NCBI GenBank assembly: GCA_034669905.1
Contig: JAXMOL010000035.1
Span: forward strand, 1-64,000
Source of the DNA: Candidatus Hydrogenedentota bacterium
Lineage (GTDB): Bacteria; Hydrogenedentota; Hydrogenedentia; Hydrogenedentales; JAEUWI01
DNA length: 64,000 nt
Reading direction: 5' to 3'
Shown in pieces: positions 18,153-27,057 of this stretch (positions are counted from its first letter, which is position 1; every line of letters begins with the position of its first letter). The notes below the pieces were generated by a model. The model saw only the letters and a program-made list of their open reading frames with translations, searched no databases and was not told the origin of the DNA. The translations under genes were made by a program, and so were the position numbers.

Positions 18153-19826
18153 TTAGCAGAGTTGGTATTCCGCCATGCTGGTAAGCAGGTGCAGCAACTG
18201 TTGCTGCCTGGCCGGGTTCAAGTCCCGGGGCGTCATCGCCGTGTGGGGGTCCGAGGTGCCGAGGGCCGTCAGCAAGGCCTTCTTTTGCTCTATGGCGATG
18301 GGCACGTCCAACAGGGTCTGGGCGGTCATGGTAACGCACTCGCCCGCCGTCGCGAAGTTCAGGGAGGCAAAGACCCCTTCCAGCGGATTGTGCTCGGGAG
18401 GGGCTTCCACGCCGAGCTCCTTCAGGAGGGCCCGCTTTTGCGCGGGGTTACCGTTGCGGAATATTTTCATCTTCGCCTGGCGCTCTTCCTTGCTGAAGGT
18501 CTTCATCTTGGCCCGCACCTGATCCCGCACGGCCGTGTCGGGCCGCGCTGCCGGTTTGGCGGCCATTGTCTGATCCGCCATCATGGTGTCGCCCTGGCCC
18601 GCCATCATCATGGCGTCTCCCCCACCCACCATCATCTGATTGTGGCCGCGCTGGGAGGCCTGCACGAGTTGGGCGGGCAGGTTGTAGCGGAGCAGCAGGG
18701 TGTTGGCGTTAATCCACGCCTGGTTCCCGTCCCAGCCCTTGACGTTGGGCGGATGCAGGATGTTTTGTCCCAGCGAGGCGGTGGCCTGGGCCAGGTTCTG
18801 GGGCGGCACGGTGTCGAGGTGCAGGTCATGGGTCAGCTTCACGACCAACTGGGTCGGGCTCTTGATCTGGGTGGCCCGCACGCCGTCGGCGTAAAAGGCT
18901 TCCGAAAGAAAGAGCTGCCGTAAGACCGGCTTGAGCTCAAAGTTATTGTCTCGGAAGGTCTGGGCCAGACCGGCTACCGCTGCGGCATCCACTTCTTCAG
19001 CCGCGAAATAGCGCCAGAGTTTCGTACAGATAAAGGTGCTCAGGGCGGGTTGTTCGAACAAAAGGTCGATGGCTTCCCAGCCGTCGAAGGTGCCCGTTTT
19101 CCCGAGGATGGTTTTTTCGCCCATGTCATGATTGGCGAGGACAAAGCGAAACTCCCGCCCATCGGAACTCCACCCGGTGAAGGCCCGGGCCAGTTGCTTG
19201 ATATCGTCTTCCGTATACTGGCCCTGACCCAGCGTAAAGAGCTCCATCAACTCCCGCGCCCAGTTTTCATTGGGCTTCTTCTTCGTGCTGCGGTCATTGT
19301 CCAGATAGCGGAGCATGGCCCGTGACTGACCGACTTCGGTCACCAGGGTCTTGAAGTTGCCGGTACCTTGTGTGCGAAAGGTCTCGTTCAATTCGAAATT
19401 GTGTTCCGAAGACTTTACCTTCTGGGCGGACGTGGCGAAATGACCGTGCCAGAAGAGGGCCATCTTCTCCTCCAGGGGGCGGGGCGTGGTACGCATACGT
19501 TGGAGCCACCAGCCGCGCAAGGTCTGAACGGCCTTCCGCTCTTCCCGCTGCCACTTCTGGTTAAGTTCCCGCCGTTCTTCTTCGCTGAGTCCTTTGCGTT
19601 GGGCGCTGCGCTCTTTATTGGTCAGGGCCGACACGAGGAAATCAGGTTCTGGAAAGGCAAAGGGAATCGTCTCAAAATGGACCATATAGTCCACTGCCGC
19701 CTCGGGGCTCATGCCCGCCAACTGCTGGGCCAATGCGTGGGGCACACCAAATCCGGCGCGGTTCAGCAAGTGCCGTGCGGCCGATAGATTCCACACGGCG
19801 GGGTCAATAGGCTTCAGGGATCCCAT
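18153..19826 (-). CDS. DUF1800 family protein
   Basis: HLLNRAGFG, LFWHGHFATS, NENWARELMELFTLG and PPNVKGW; canonical partner of DUF1501. Confidence 0.92.
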   Translation of the reverse strand: MGSLKPIDPAVWNLSAARHLLNRAGFGVPHALAQQLAGMSPEAAVDYMVHFETIPFAFPEPDFLVSALTNKERSAQRKGLSEEERRELNQKWQREERKAVQTLRGWWLQRMRTTPRPLEEKMALFWHGHFATSAQKVKSSEHNFELNETFRTQGTGNFKTLVTEVGQSRAMLRYLDNDRSTKKKPNENWARELMELFTLGQGQYTEDDIKQLARAFTGWSSDGREFRFVLANHDMGEKTILGKTGTFDGWEAIDLLFEQPALSTFICTKLWRYFAAEEVDAAAVAGLAQTFRDNNFELKPVLRQLFLSEAFYADGVRATQIKSPTQLVVKLTHDLHLDTVPPQNLAQATASLGQNILHPPNVKGWDGNQAWINANTLLLRYNLPAQLVQASQRGHNQMMVGGGDAMMMAGQGDTMMADQTMAAKPAARPDTAVRDQVRAKMKTFSKEERQAKMKIFRNGNPAQKRALLKELGVEAPPEHNPLEGVFASLNFATAGECVTMTAQTLLDVPIAIEQKKALLTALGTSDPHTAMTPRDLNPARQQQLLHLLTSMAEYQLC

Positions 19827-19916
19827 CCTGCACTCCTTTGTTTCGGGGGTCTTCCCGGGGGGGACAGCGTCTCAATGACCACTTTAACACGAGAACGGCC
19901 GTGGGGTTCCCGGTTT

Positions 19917-19972
19917 GGAAGTTTGAAGGGAGAAGTTTGAATTAAGAATTTAGAATTTAGAATTGGGAACTT
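19917..19972. repeat. Degenerate heptamer tandem array (nGAAnnn)x8
   Basis: ggaagtt tgaaggg agaagtt tgaatta agaattt agaattt agaattg ggaactt. Confidence 0.8.
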
Positions 19973-20145
19973 TTTCAAGTTGGCGCGGCAGGCTGTCGAG
20001 CTGGGAAGGGTGCCACCTTCAAAGAGGGGAGCGCAGCGAGCGGCTTTGTGGGTGATGGGATCTAACGGCAGTCTGGCGGCCCGCCGGCAAATGCCCCCTA
20101 TGGCGCACCGCGGCCATCTTGATGCCCTTAGGGACTAGGGGCCGC

Positions 20146-21846
20146 TTAGCGGGCGATATTAATCAGGGTGTCCAGCATGCGGTCCGTGACGGTGATAATC
20201 CGGGCGGAAGCGTCGAAGGCCTTCTGGATTTCGATAAGGCTGGTGACCTCTTCATCGAGGTTTACGCCGGAAACCTCCTGCCGACGGAGCTCCAGGTCTT
20301 CGACGACGGCCAGCTGTACGTTGCGCTGGTCCAGGTTGGCGCTGGCGTTGGTGCCCAGACGAACGACCGTGGATTCAAAATAGTCGTTGATGGTCTCCGT
20401 GTCGTTGGAGAGGATTTTGCGGTTTCGCAGGGAGGCCATCTCCAGTGCCAGGCTGTTGTCGCCGGTTTCAAGCACGTTGAGGCTCGAGCCCGAGCTCAAG
20501 AGGGCCGCATTGTCGATAAGATGACCGCTTACACGGATATCCCGGGCACTGCTGCCGGTGAAGAGTCCGTTGAGTCCCAAGGCAGGCAGGGCGCCCGCCG
20601 TGTCATTGGCAAAGGTAAAGCTATTGCCCGCGTTGGGCGTAATGGTGAGGATGCCATCCGTCACCGAGGCGCTGGCATTGGCCGAGCCGTTGATGGCGGT
20701 GGCAATATCGTTGAGACTGGTGGCGGCGGCCGTCACCGGGATGGTGACCGTCTCCACCACATTGTTGGAAGCGTCATAGAGCACCAGATCGAAACTGCCA
20801 TCGTTTACCGTAAAGGGCAGGTCGGCACTGTCGAGCGCCACGGACGGGTCGCTCACGGCGTTGGTGGTGGAAAGGGGAATGGCAATGTTCTCGAGCCCGT
20901 TTCCCTGGCTGTGGAGGGCATTGAGTCCTTCGATCAGGGCACTGGCCAAGGTATCGTTTCGCTCTACGAGGTCCTGCAGGATTACGTCCCGCTGGCGAAG
21001 GACCCCGGCCAGTTCGCCGTCGAAAACCTGCACTTCCAGACCACTGCCGGCAAATTGGATACGCAGGAAATCGGGCCGATCGGGGTTGATGGAGGCGTCG
21101 GGCGTCGTTTCCAGCGGATTGATGCGGTTGCCATTGACCAGCTCTTCCCCACCCAGGAGGACGTCTACCTGACCGTCATCCCGTTCCCGATAGGCAATAT
21201 CGACCAATCGGGAGAGGTCATCCAGGAGCACATCCCGGTCATCCCGCAAGTCGTTGGCCTGATTTCCCGCGGATTCGAACGTCTTAATGGCATAGTTCAA
21301 ATCTGCGATTTGCTGCGAAATAGCGTTAATTTCGGGCACGATACCGCGCACATCCTCATTGGCCGAGGTGCGGAGTTCTTCCAGGTCGGAGGCATACTCC
21401 CGGAGCGAGGTGGTGAGGGACTGGGCCTCCGTAATGGTGGCGACCCGAGTGGGGATATCTTCCACGTTATTGGCAAAGTCGTTCAAGGAATCGAAGAAGA
21501 CGTTCAGATTTTCTGAAAAGCCGTTGTCACCCGGTTCCTGAAACAAGTCTTCGATGCGAGAGAAAAAGGCCGTCTGAATATCGGCGTTCCCGAGGGAGGA
21601 CACCTGATCGCGGTAAGAGATATCGAGGAATTCGTCGCGAAGGCGTTCGACACCGGAAATGAAGGGACCCCGTCCCAGGAAACCATAGCTTCGCTCGAGG
21701 GGTACGCGGGTGGCGATACTGGCCCGTTGCCGCGAAAACCCGACCTTATTGGACGAAGCGATATTGTGGCCCACCACATCCAATTGGATCTGGGCGGTGT
21801 TCAGGCCGGCTCGGCCAATATCCAGACTGCTGAATAAGGTGCCCAC
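20146..21846 (-). CDS. flgK: Flagellar hook-associated protein FlgK
   Basis: GTG 21846 after CAGGAG; SLDIGRAGL...VVGHNIA, SRQR, ANDLRDDRD and VSGVNLDEE. Confidence 0.93.
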   Translation of the reverse strand: MGTLFSSLDIGRAGLNTAQIQLDVVGHNIASSNKVGFSRQRASIATRVPLERSYGFLGRGPFISGVERLRDEFLDISYRDQVSSLGNADIQTAFFSRIEDLFQEPGDNGFSENLNVFFDSLNDFANNVEDIPTRVATITEAQSLTTSLREYASDLEELRTSANEDVRGIVPEINAISQQIADLNYAIKTFESAGNQANDLRDDRDVLLDDLSRLVDIAYRERDDGQVDVLLGGEELVNGNRINPLETTPDASINPDRPDFLRIQFAGSGLEVQVFDGELAGVLRQRDVILQDLVERNDTLASALIEGLNALHSQGNGLENIAIPLSTTNAVSDPSVALDSADLPFTVNDGSFDLVLYDASNNVVETVTIPVTAAATSLNDIATAINGSANASASVTDGILTITPNAGNSFTFANDTAGALPALGLNGLFTGSSARDIRVSGHLIDNAALLSSGSSLNVLETGDNSLALEMASLRNRKILSNDTETINDYFESTVVRLGTNASANLDQRNVQLAVVEDLELRRQEVSGVNLDEEVTSLIEIQKAFDASARIITVTDRMLDTLINIAR

Positions 21847-21913
21847 GACAATCTCCTGAGTAAAGTATAGCGCAACGAGGGATATGGGATAGTAAAAGCA
21901 AGTGTTGTTCCAT

Positions 21914-21940
21914 ATATCGGCGAAATGGAAGGCCACCTGA
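21914..21940 (-). promoter_or_regulatory. Putative sigma28 (FliA) promoter of flgK
   Basis: Minus strand TCAG-N15-GCCGATAT. Confidence 0.6.
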
Positions 21941-22024
21941 ATGGGGCATTTCGTACGTACTCGATACGATATATTGTGGCCGAACAGGGAACAATCTACC
22001 GGTAGTAGGCACAAATTTCCTGCC

Positions 22025-22052
22025 TAAAGGTGCTGCTCCGAACTGCCGATAG
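22025..22052 (+). promoter_or_regulatory. Putative sigma28 (FliA) promoter of flgM
   Basis: TAAA-N16-GCCGATAG, about 50 bp upstream of the ATG. Confidence 0.7.
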
Positions 22053-22105
22053 TAAGTGCAGTTGAAGTAATCAACGTTTAACACCAACGAATACGGAGCA
22101 GTCTC

Positions 22106-22399
22106 ATGACCGGACTCACAGGAATCGGGAACTTGAATGAGCTGCAGGTTGCGCGGCCCCTCAAGGGCGCTCGGAACCTGTCAGCCGGAAACGCCCCAGG
22201 CACCAAATCGGATGGGGTGCAGATTAGCGCCGCCGGACAAGAAGCCGCAGAGGTTGCCCGCTTCGTCCGCGAATCCGAGCAGGCCGACGAAATCCGCCAG
22301 GAACGGGTGGAAGCCGCCAAGCAGCGCCTCGAACAGGGCCGCGAGCGGGTCGAAGAAGTGGTGAACATCGTGGCAGACGCCCTCGTCGGCTATCTGTAG
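22106..22399 (+). CDS. flgM: Anti-sigma28 factor FlgM
   Basis: 97 aa; DGVQIS and IRQERVEAAKQRLEQG motifs; GGAG RBS, sigma28-type promoter and adjacency to flgK. Confidence 0.75.
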   Translation: MTGLTGIGNLNELQVARPLKGARNLSAGNAPGTKSDGVQISAAGQEAAEVARFVRESEQADEIRQERVEAAKQRLEQGRERVEEVVNIVADALVGYL

Positions 22400-22584
22400 A
22401 CGACCACAGGCGATACATCGAATTGCAGGCGCCCCCGGATAGATGTCCGAGGGCGCGTTTTCGTGTTTGGGGGCGTTCGGGGAGGGGGACGGCCAAGAGA
22501 ATCATTGAATCAAGGACGGATGGGGCAGATCCCGGGCCCGTGTCGGCGCGCATGATAGCGTGCCAACCAGAAAGAACGGGTCTT

Positions 22585-25020
22585 CTATCGGTATCGAAAG
22601 CCAAAGACGTTGCCCGCAAAGTTGGACACGACCACATGATGACCGACCTGCACCGGGGAAGCCTTGATGGGCGTGCCGGTATTGTATTCCCACACTTTTT
22701 CCCCGCTCGCCAGCGACAGCCAATAAACATAGCCATCGTCACCACCAAGCACGACGTGATCGCCGACAATCAGCGGCGTGGAACCGTTGCGCAACTCCTG
22801 ACTGGGGCCGAGGGTAGTATCGTTCACTGCACGGGTGCCAAAGGTCCACTGTCGCTCGCCCGTCTGTCGGTCAAAGCACAGAATCTGTCCGCCGTTGGTG
22901 ACCAATACGTGGGAGTCCGCTATGACCGGAGTGCCGACGTAGTTCAAAGAGCCGCCGCTTGGCGCGGACCACCATTGCTCTCCCGTTACGGGGTCCAACT
23001 TGCGCAGGCGGCTCCGGTGGTGCACATAGACACCGTCGTCCATCGCGACGGGCGCCGTCGTTCCCCGCTCTCGGGCCACGGGATCGGGATAGTCCTTCAG
23101 CGCCTTGCTCCAGAGTACGGCACCGGATTCCTGATTCAGGGCAACCACCTTATATTCGTCTTCGAAGTATACCCGGCCCTCCCGTGGCGCAAGTCCCGCC
23201 AGGGGGTAGGGCACCCGGTTTAAGTCGTTATAGTTGGTCCAGCGCTTGGAGCCGTCCGTTGTTGAGAGGGCCGCAAGCACATGAGAGCCCGCCGCGAAGA
23301 GCGTGTCGTCCGCCAAGGTCAGCGGGGCGAGAAAGGTGCGCCAGTAGTAGCGCTGTTCCTCGTGAAAGGGGGTATCGGCATACGCGTCGGCCTGCCAGCG
23401 AATCCCGCCGTCGGCAACGTTGAGGGCGTGGATGCCCCCCTGACCGTCCACCGCGAAGAGGGTCGTCCCATCACTACACATTGCCGCGTTGATGCTTCGG
23501 GGTAGCCGGGTGCGCCACACCACCGCGCCTGTCGCGCCATCCAGGCACACGACGCCCGCCTGCGTTGCGCCGACCTGTCCGTCGCTGATACCGAAATAGA
23601 CCTTGTTGCCAATCGTCAGCGGGGTCGTTCGATGGGGTTGGTCGGCCTCCATGGAAACAATCCAGTCTAATGCCATGGTGGAAGAAGCGGTTTCCTCACG
23701 GCTGACGGCAAAAGTTGCTCCGGCGGTCCACGTGCTGTCGTTGTTTACCACGACGTCCACCGCATAGTTCCCCGGTTTCAACCCGGCGTCCAACCGCCCG
23801 TGCCAGGTCCAGTCGTCCACTTTCGCCAGGGTAACGCTGTCCGTCTCCTGGTTATCGGGGTTAAATATCATGGCGTGCACGGCCTTCGCTTCCATCGCCG
23901 TGTCATAAACCAAGGCCCGCACTTCAAGACCCGCATTCGATACGGTGCCGGTTGGCTGGAGCACTACAGCGCGCTTCTCTTGTTCCAGCACCCGTGACTG
24001 GGAAGAAAGTTTTCCCTGGGCAACGGTCATCACCCGGGTGCGCTTCGTGAAGGCACCCCAGTCCGAAGGACGCATAGGGCTGCTGACCACAAAGGGTACG
24101 CCATCGACGTCAAAGTTGTGGTGGGTGTGCCAATGTCCGAAGAGAAAGGCCACAACGTTGTGCGCATCCACCGCCGTGCGGATTTCTGCACTAATCTGGT
24201 CCGGCGTGTGTGCCAGGAGCACGATGGGCGTCCCCGCCGGCAGATCCGCCATGTCCCGCTTCCACCACCCCATCTGCCGTTCGTTCTCGGCTTCGGAGAG
24301 GTAGCCCTCCGATACGAGGGCGATAAAATGGACGCCGCCATAGTTCCAGGCGTAGGCGTAGGGACCGAAGGCATCCACCCAGTTCCCCATTTTGGGCCGT
24401 TCCATTTCCACGAGGGCATCATGGCCGCCGAAGATGCGATACACTGGCCGCTTCAGGGCGTCGAATTGCTCGTTGAAGAACTGCAAGTCATCCGGCGCGC
24501 CGTGGGTCGTAATGTCGCCACAGATAGCGTAGAAGGCTACGTCGTGGTGCTCCGCCCAACTTTCCATGGCCGCCAGGTCGCCGCTGATCTGCGCCACAGC
24601 GTCTCGTGGATTGCCAAACTGAAAGTCGGCAGTATGATAGAAGGAGAAGGTGTCTTTTGCGCTCCGTGGGTCCTCGGCCAAGCCAAAATCCACCGTGTTG
24701 CTCGCCACGGAAACCGGGTGGAAGAAATCGTTCGTCGGCATGTATCCGTTGGGATTGATGACGAAGACCGTGTTGGGGATGTTCGTCGTCGTTTCCAGGG
24801 CGTAGCGGCCTTCCGTGTCGGTGCGTACGATCTTGTCGCCATCGGAAACCTGCACATTGGGGATGCCTGGTTCATCCGTTTCTCGCTGGCCGTTGTGGTT
24901 GCGGTCGTCAAACACGGTGCCGCTGATGGTGACATCGGCCATGGCGGTGCCTGCAAGAAAGAGGCAGGCGGTTGTTACCCCGCCCAATAGGGCCCGCGTG
25001 TGTCTGGCGATATTTTGCAT
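22585..25020 (-). CDS. Secreted calcineurin-like metallophosphoesterase fused to a PQQ/BamB-like beta-propeller
   Basis: Signal peptide and N-terminal GTVFDDRNHNG...TDTEGRY domain; ADFQ/GDIT/GGHD/GHWH motifs; C-terminal tryptophan-docking repeats. Confidence 0.82.
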   Translation of the reverse strand: MQNIARHTRALLGGVTTACLFLAGTAMADVTISGTVFDDRNHNGQRETDEPGIPNVQVSDGDKIVRTDTEGRYALETTTNIPNTVFVINPNGYMPTNDFFHPVSVASNTVDFGLAEDPRSAKDTFSFYHTADFQFGNPRDAVAQISGDLAAMESWAEHHDVAFYAICGDITTHGAPDDLQFFNEQFDALKRPVYRIFGGHDALVEMERPKMGNWVDAFGPYAYAWNYGGVHFIALVSEGYLSEAENERQMGWWKRDMADLPAGTPIVLLAHTPDQISAEIRTAVDAHNVVAFLFGHWHTHHNFDVDGVPFVVSSPMRPSDWGAFTKRTRVMTVAQGKLSSQSRVLEQEKRAVVLQPTGTVSNAGLEVRALVYDTAMEAKAVHAMIFNPDNQETDSVTLAKVDDWTWHGRLDAGLKPGNYAVDVVVNNDSTWTAGATFAVSREETASSTMALDWIVSMEADQPHRTTPLTIGNKVYFGISDGQVGATQAGVVCLDGATGAVVWRTRLPRSINAAMCSDGTTLFAVDGQGGIHALNVADGGIRWQADAYADTPFHEEQRYYWRTFLAPLTLADDTLFAAGSHVLAALSTTDGSKRWTNYNDLNRVPYPLAGLAPREGRVYFEDEYKVVALNQESGAVLWSKALKDYPDPVARERGTTAPVAMDDGVYVHHRSRLRKLDPVTGEQWWSAPSGGSLNYVGTPVIADSHVLVTNGGQILCFDRQTGERQWTFGTRAVNDTTLGPSQELRNGSTPLIVGDHVVLGGDDGYVYWLSLASGEKVWEYNTGTPIKASPVQVGHHVVVSNFAGNVFGFRYR

Positions 25021-25314
25021 GATTTGGGGAACTCCGTTTCAGGGGACTTCGTACCTTCTGGAAGAGGACGTGATGTCCCTCAAAGGACTTTCGGACACTA
25101 TTGAAAACGATACGGTATCGTATCGGGCGATACAAGGTTTTTGTCTTCAACGATGTTGAGATGCCAAGCACCTTAACGTCGGAAAGGTGTCTTTGAAATT
25201 TGGCTGAAACGGTGTACCCGTTGCCTGCCCCACTGCGGAGCCCCTCAAGGTCGCGCAGAAACAACAATGGCGCCGAGGTCACGGGGACCTTGGCGCCATT
25301 GGATGCTGTACTGT

Positions 25315-26586
25315 TTAGGCCATTTTGGGGCCGGGGTTGGGCACTTCGCCGACGGGGTATTTCTCGTCGAAGGAGATGACCTCGGGCACGATGCTGAGAT
25401 CGGAGTTGAGGGCCTCGTCCCAGGTGAGCTCCATGCCGGTGTAGGCGGACATGCGGCCCATGATGGCGGTCATGGTGCTTTCGGCACAACGGACGCCTTC
25501 ATTGATGTAGGGGGCGTCACCGCGTACAGCGGCGAGGAGGTTCATGTGTTCCTGGACGTAGGGGTTAATGTCGTCTTTGCCCATGTCCCGGCAGGAGCTG
25601 GAGCCCTTGGTGCCGATGACGTGTTCCGAGACGCGCTGGGTGCATTCGCGGGCCCAGTGACGGCACATGCTGGTCATGTGGACGCCGTTGGGGTAGACGA
25701 AGTCGCAGGAGAAGTGATCCCAGAGATCGCCGTAGACTTCGGGATCTTTCTCCAGGTGTTTCCATACGCGACCGCCAGAGGCGTAGACCGACGCGGGCGG
25801 TCCGCCCATGACCCAGTTGATGATGTCGATGTTGTGGATGTGCTGTTCCACAATGTTGTCGCCCATGACCCAGCAGTGGGCATACCAGTTCCGAAGACGA
25901 TTCTCCAGATCCGACTGGCCGGGTTCGCGCTTGCGGGTGAAGGGCAGGGTACCGTTCCAGTAGGCCTGGGCGGAGAGCACTTCACCAATGGCGCCATCCT
26001 GAATCTTCTTGATGGTGTCCACATAGGATTTCTGGTGACGGCGCTGGGTACCGGTGACGATGCAGAGCTTTTTCTCTTCGGCCTTCTTGGAAGCCGCGAT
26101 GAACTGACGGATACCGACAGGGTCGACGGCGACGGGCTTCTCGGTGAAGATGTGCTTGCCAGCTTCCACGATGGCTTCGATGTGTTTCGGCCGGATGTAG
26201 GGCGTGGTGGCGTGGATGATGATGTCCACGTCGGTCTTGAGGATTTCCTTGTAGGAATCCACGCCGACGAACTGCATCTCGGGGCTCACGTCGCACTGGG
26301 ACTTCACCTGGGGGTTGCCGTGCTCGCTGATCTTCTTCAGGGAAGCGGCCAACTGGTAGTCCAGGATGTCGGCCATGGCGACGAGCTTGACGTTGGTGTT
26401 GCCTTCGAGGCAGTTGATGGCGGCCCCGGTGCCGCGACCACCACAACCGATGAGACCGACTTTGATGGTCTCACCGTTCGTCGCGGCCACGCCGGATTTC
26501 GAGCTGAGGATGGCGGCGCTGGTGGCCACTGCCGTGGCTTTCGCGAAGTTACGGCGGGATACGCCCGCGTTTGGTTGATCTGACAT
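25315..26586 (-). CDS. Tat-exported Gfo/Idh/MocA family oxidoreductase
   Basis: Start MSDQPN after GGAGAGG; SRRNF Tat motif, IGCGGRG, EKPVA, GTQRRH and EQHIHNID. Confidence 0.9.
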   Translation of the reverse strand: MSDQPNAGVSRRNFAKATAVATSAAILSSKSGVAATNGETIKVGLIGCGGRGTGAAINCLEGNTNVKLVAMADILDYQLAASLKKISEHGNPQVKSQCDVSPEMQFVGVDSYKEILKTDVDIIIHATTPYIRPKHIEAIVEAGKHIFTEKPVAVDPVGIRQFIAASKKAEEKKLCIVTGTQRRHQKSYVDTIKKIQDGAIGEVLSAQAYWNGTLPFTRKREPGQSDLENRLRNWYAHCWVMGDNIVEQHIHNIDIINWVMGGPPASVYASGGRVWKHLEKDPEVYGDLWDHFSCDFVYPNGVHMTSMCRHWARECTQRVSEHVIGTKGSSSCRDMGKDDINPYVQEHMNLLAAVRGDAPYINEGVRCAESTMTAIMGRMSAYTGMELTWDEALNSDLSIVPEVISFDEKYPVGEVPNPGPKMA

Positions 26587-26794
26587 TCGTCCTCTCCTGT
26601 TCTTGGGTCGTGTACTAATGGAAGGGCGCCCGACAAAGGCATGACCTTCATTCCAAATCCGTCTCACCCGGTGTACGGTGGGTGACGGTGCGTCTCCGTG
26701 GTCCGGAGCTCGTGCACGGGTAGGTGCCTGGATATCCGGCGGGATACAGCCGGGACCAGCATAGCATATTTTCTTCGAAAATCAATGTTGGTAA

Positions 26795-26836
26795 TGAAGG
26801 GCGAAGTTTGAAGGGTGAAAGGTGAAGTGTGAATTG
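26795..26836. repeat. Degenerate heptamer tandem array (nGAAnnn)x6
   Basis: tgaaggg cgaagtt tgaaggg tgaaagg tgaagtg tgaattg. Confidence 0.75.
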
Positions 26837-26901
26837 AATTGGAATCGGGGATCGGCCTTATGGAGCGCTGGCGGCCCGCCGGCATATTTCTTGTCCCCCC
26901 C

Positions 26902-26965
26902 CCCACAAGCTGCCCCCACTTCGCTACGCTGCTTGCGGGTACACGACGCGCCGCAGGCGGGTGGC
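26902..26965 (-). repeat. Dispersed 64-bp repeat, family B copy 2
   Basis: Reverse complement is 56/64 identical to 13634-13697. Confidence 0.85.
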
Positions 26966-26990
26966 TCTCTGTCATCTCTGTTTTCCCAAG

Positions 26991-27028
26991 AAAAAACCGG
27001 AACCCTGCTCGGTGCAGGATTCCGGTTT
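26991..27028 (-). terminator. Rho-independent terminator of the acylase gene
   Basis: aaaccggaaccctgc/gcaggattccggttt stem with T6 on the minus strand. Confidence 0.75.
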
Positions 27029-27057
27029 GGCCGTGCCGATTAGTTAGGCGGTAAGAC

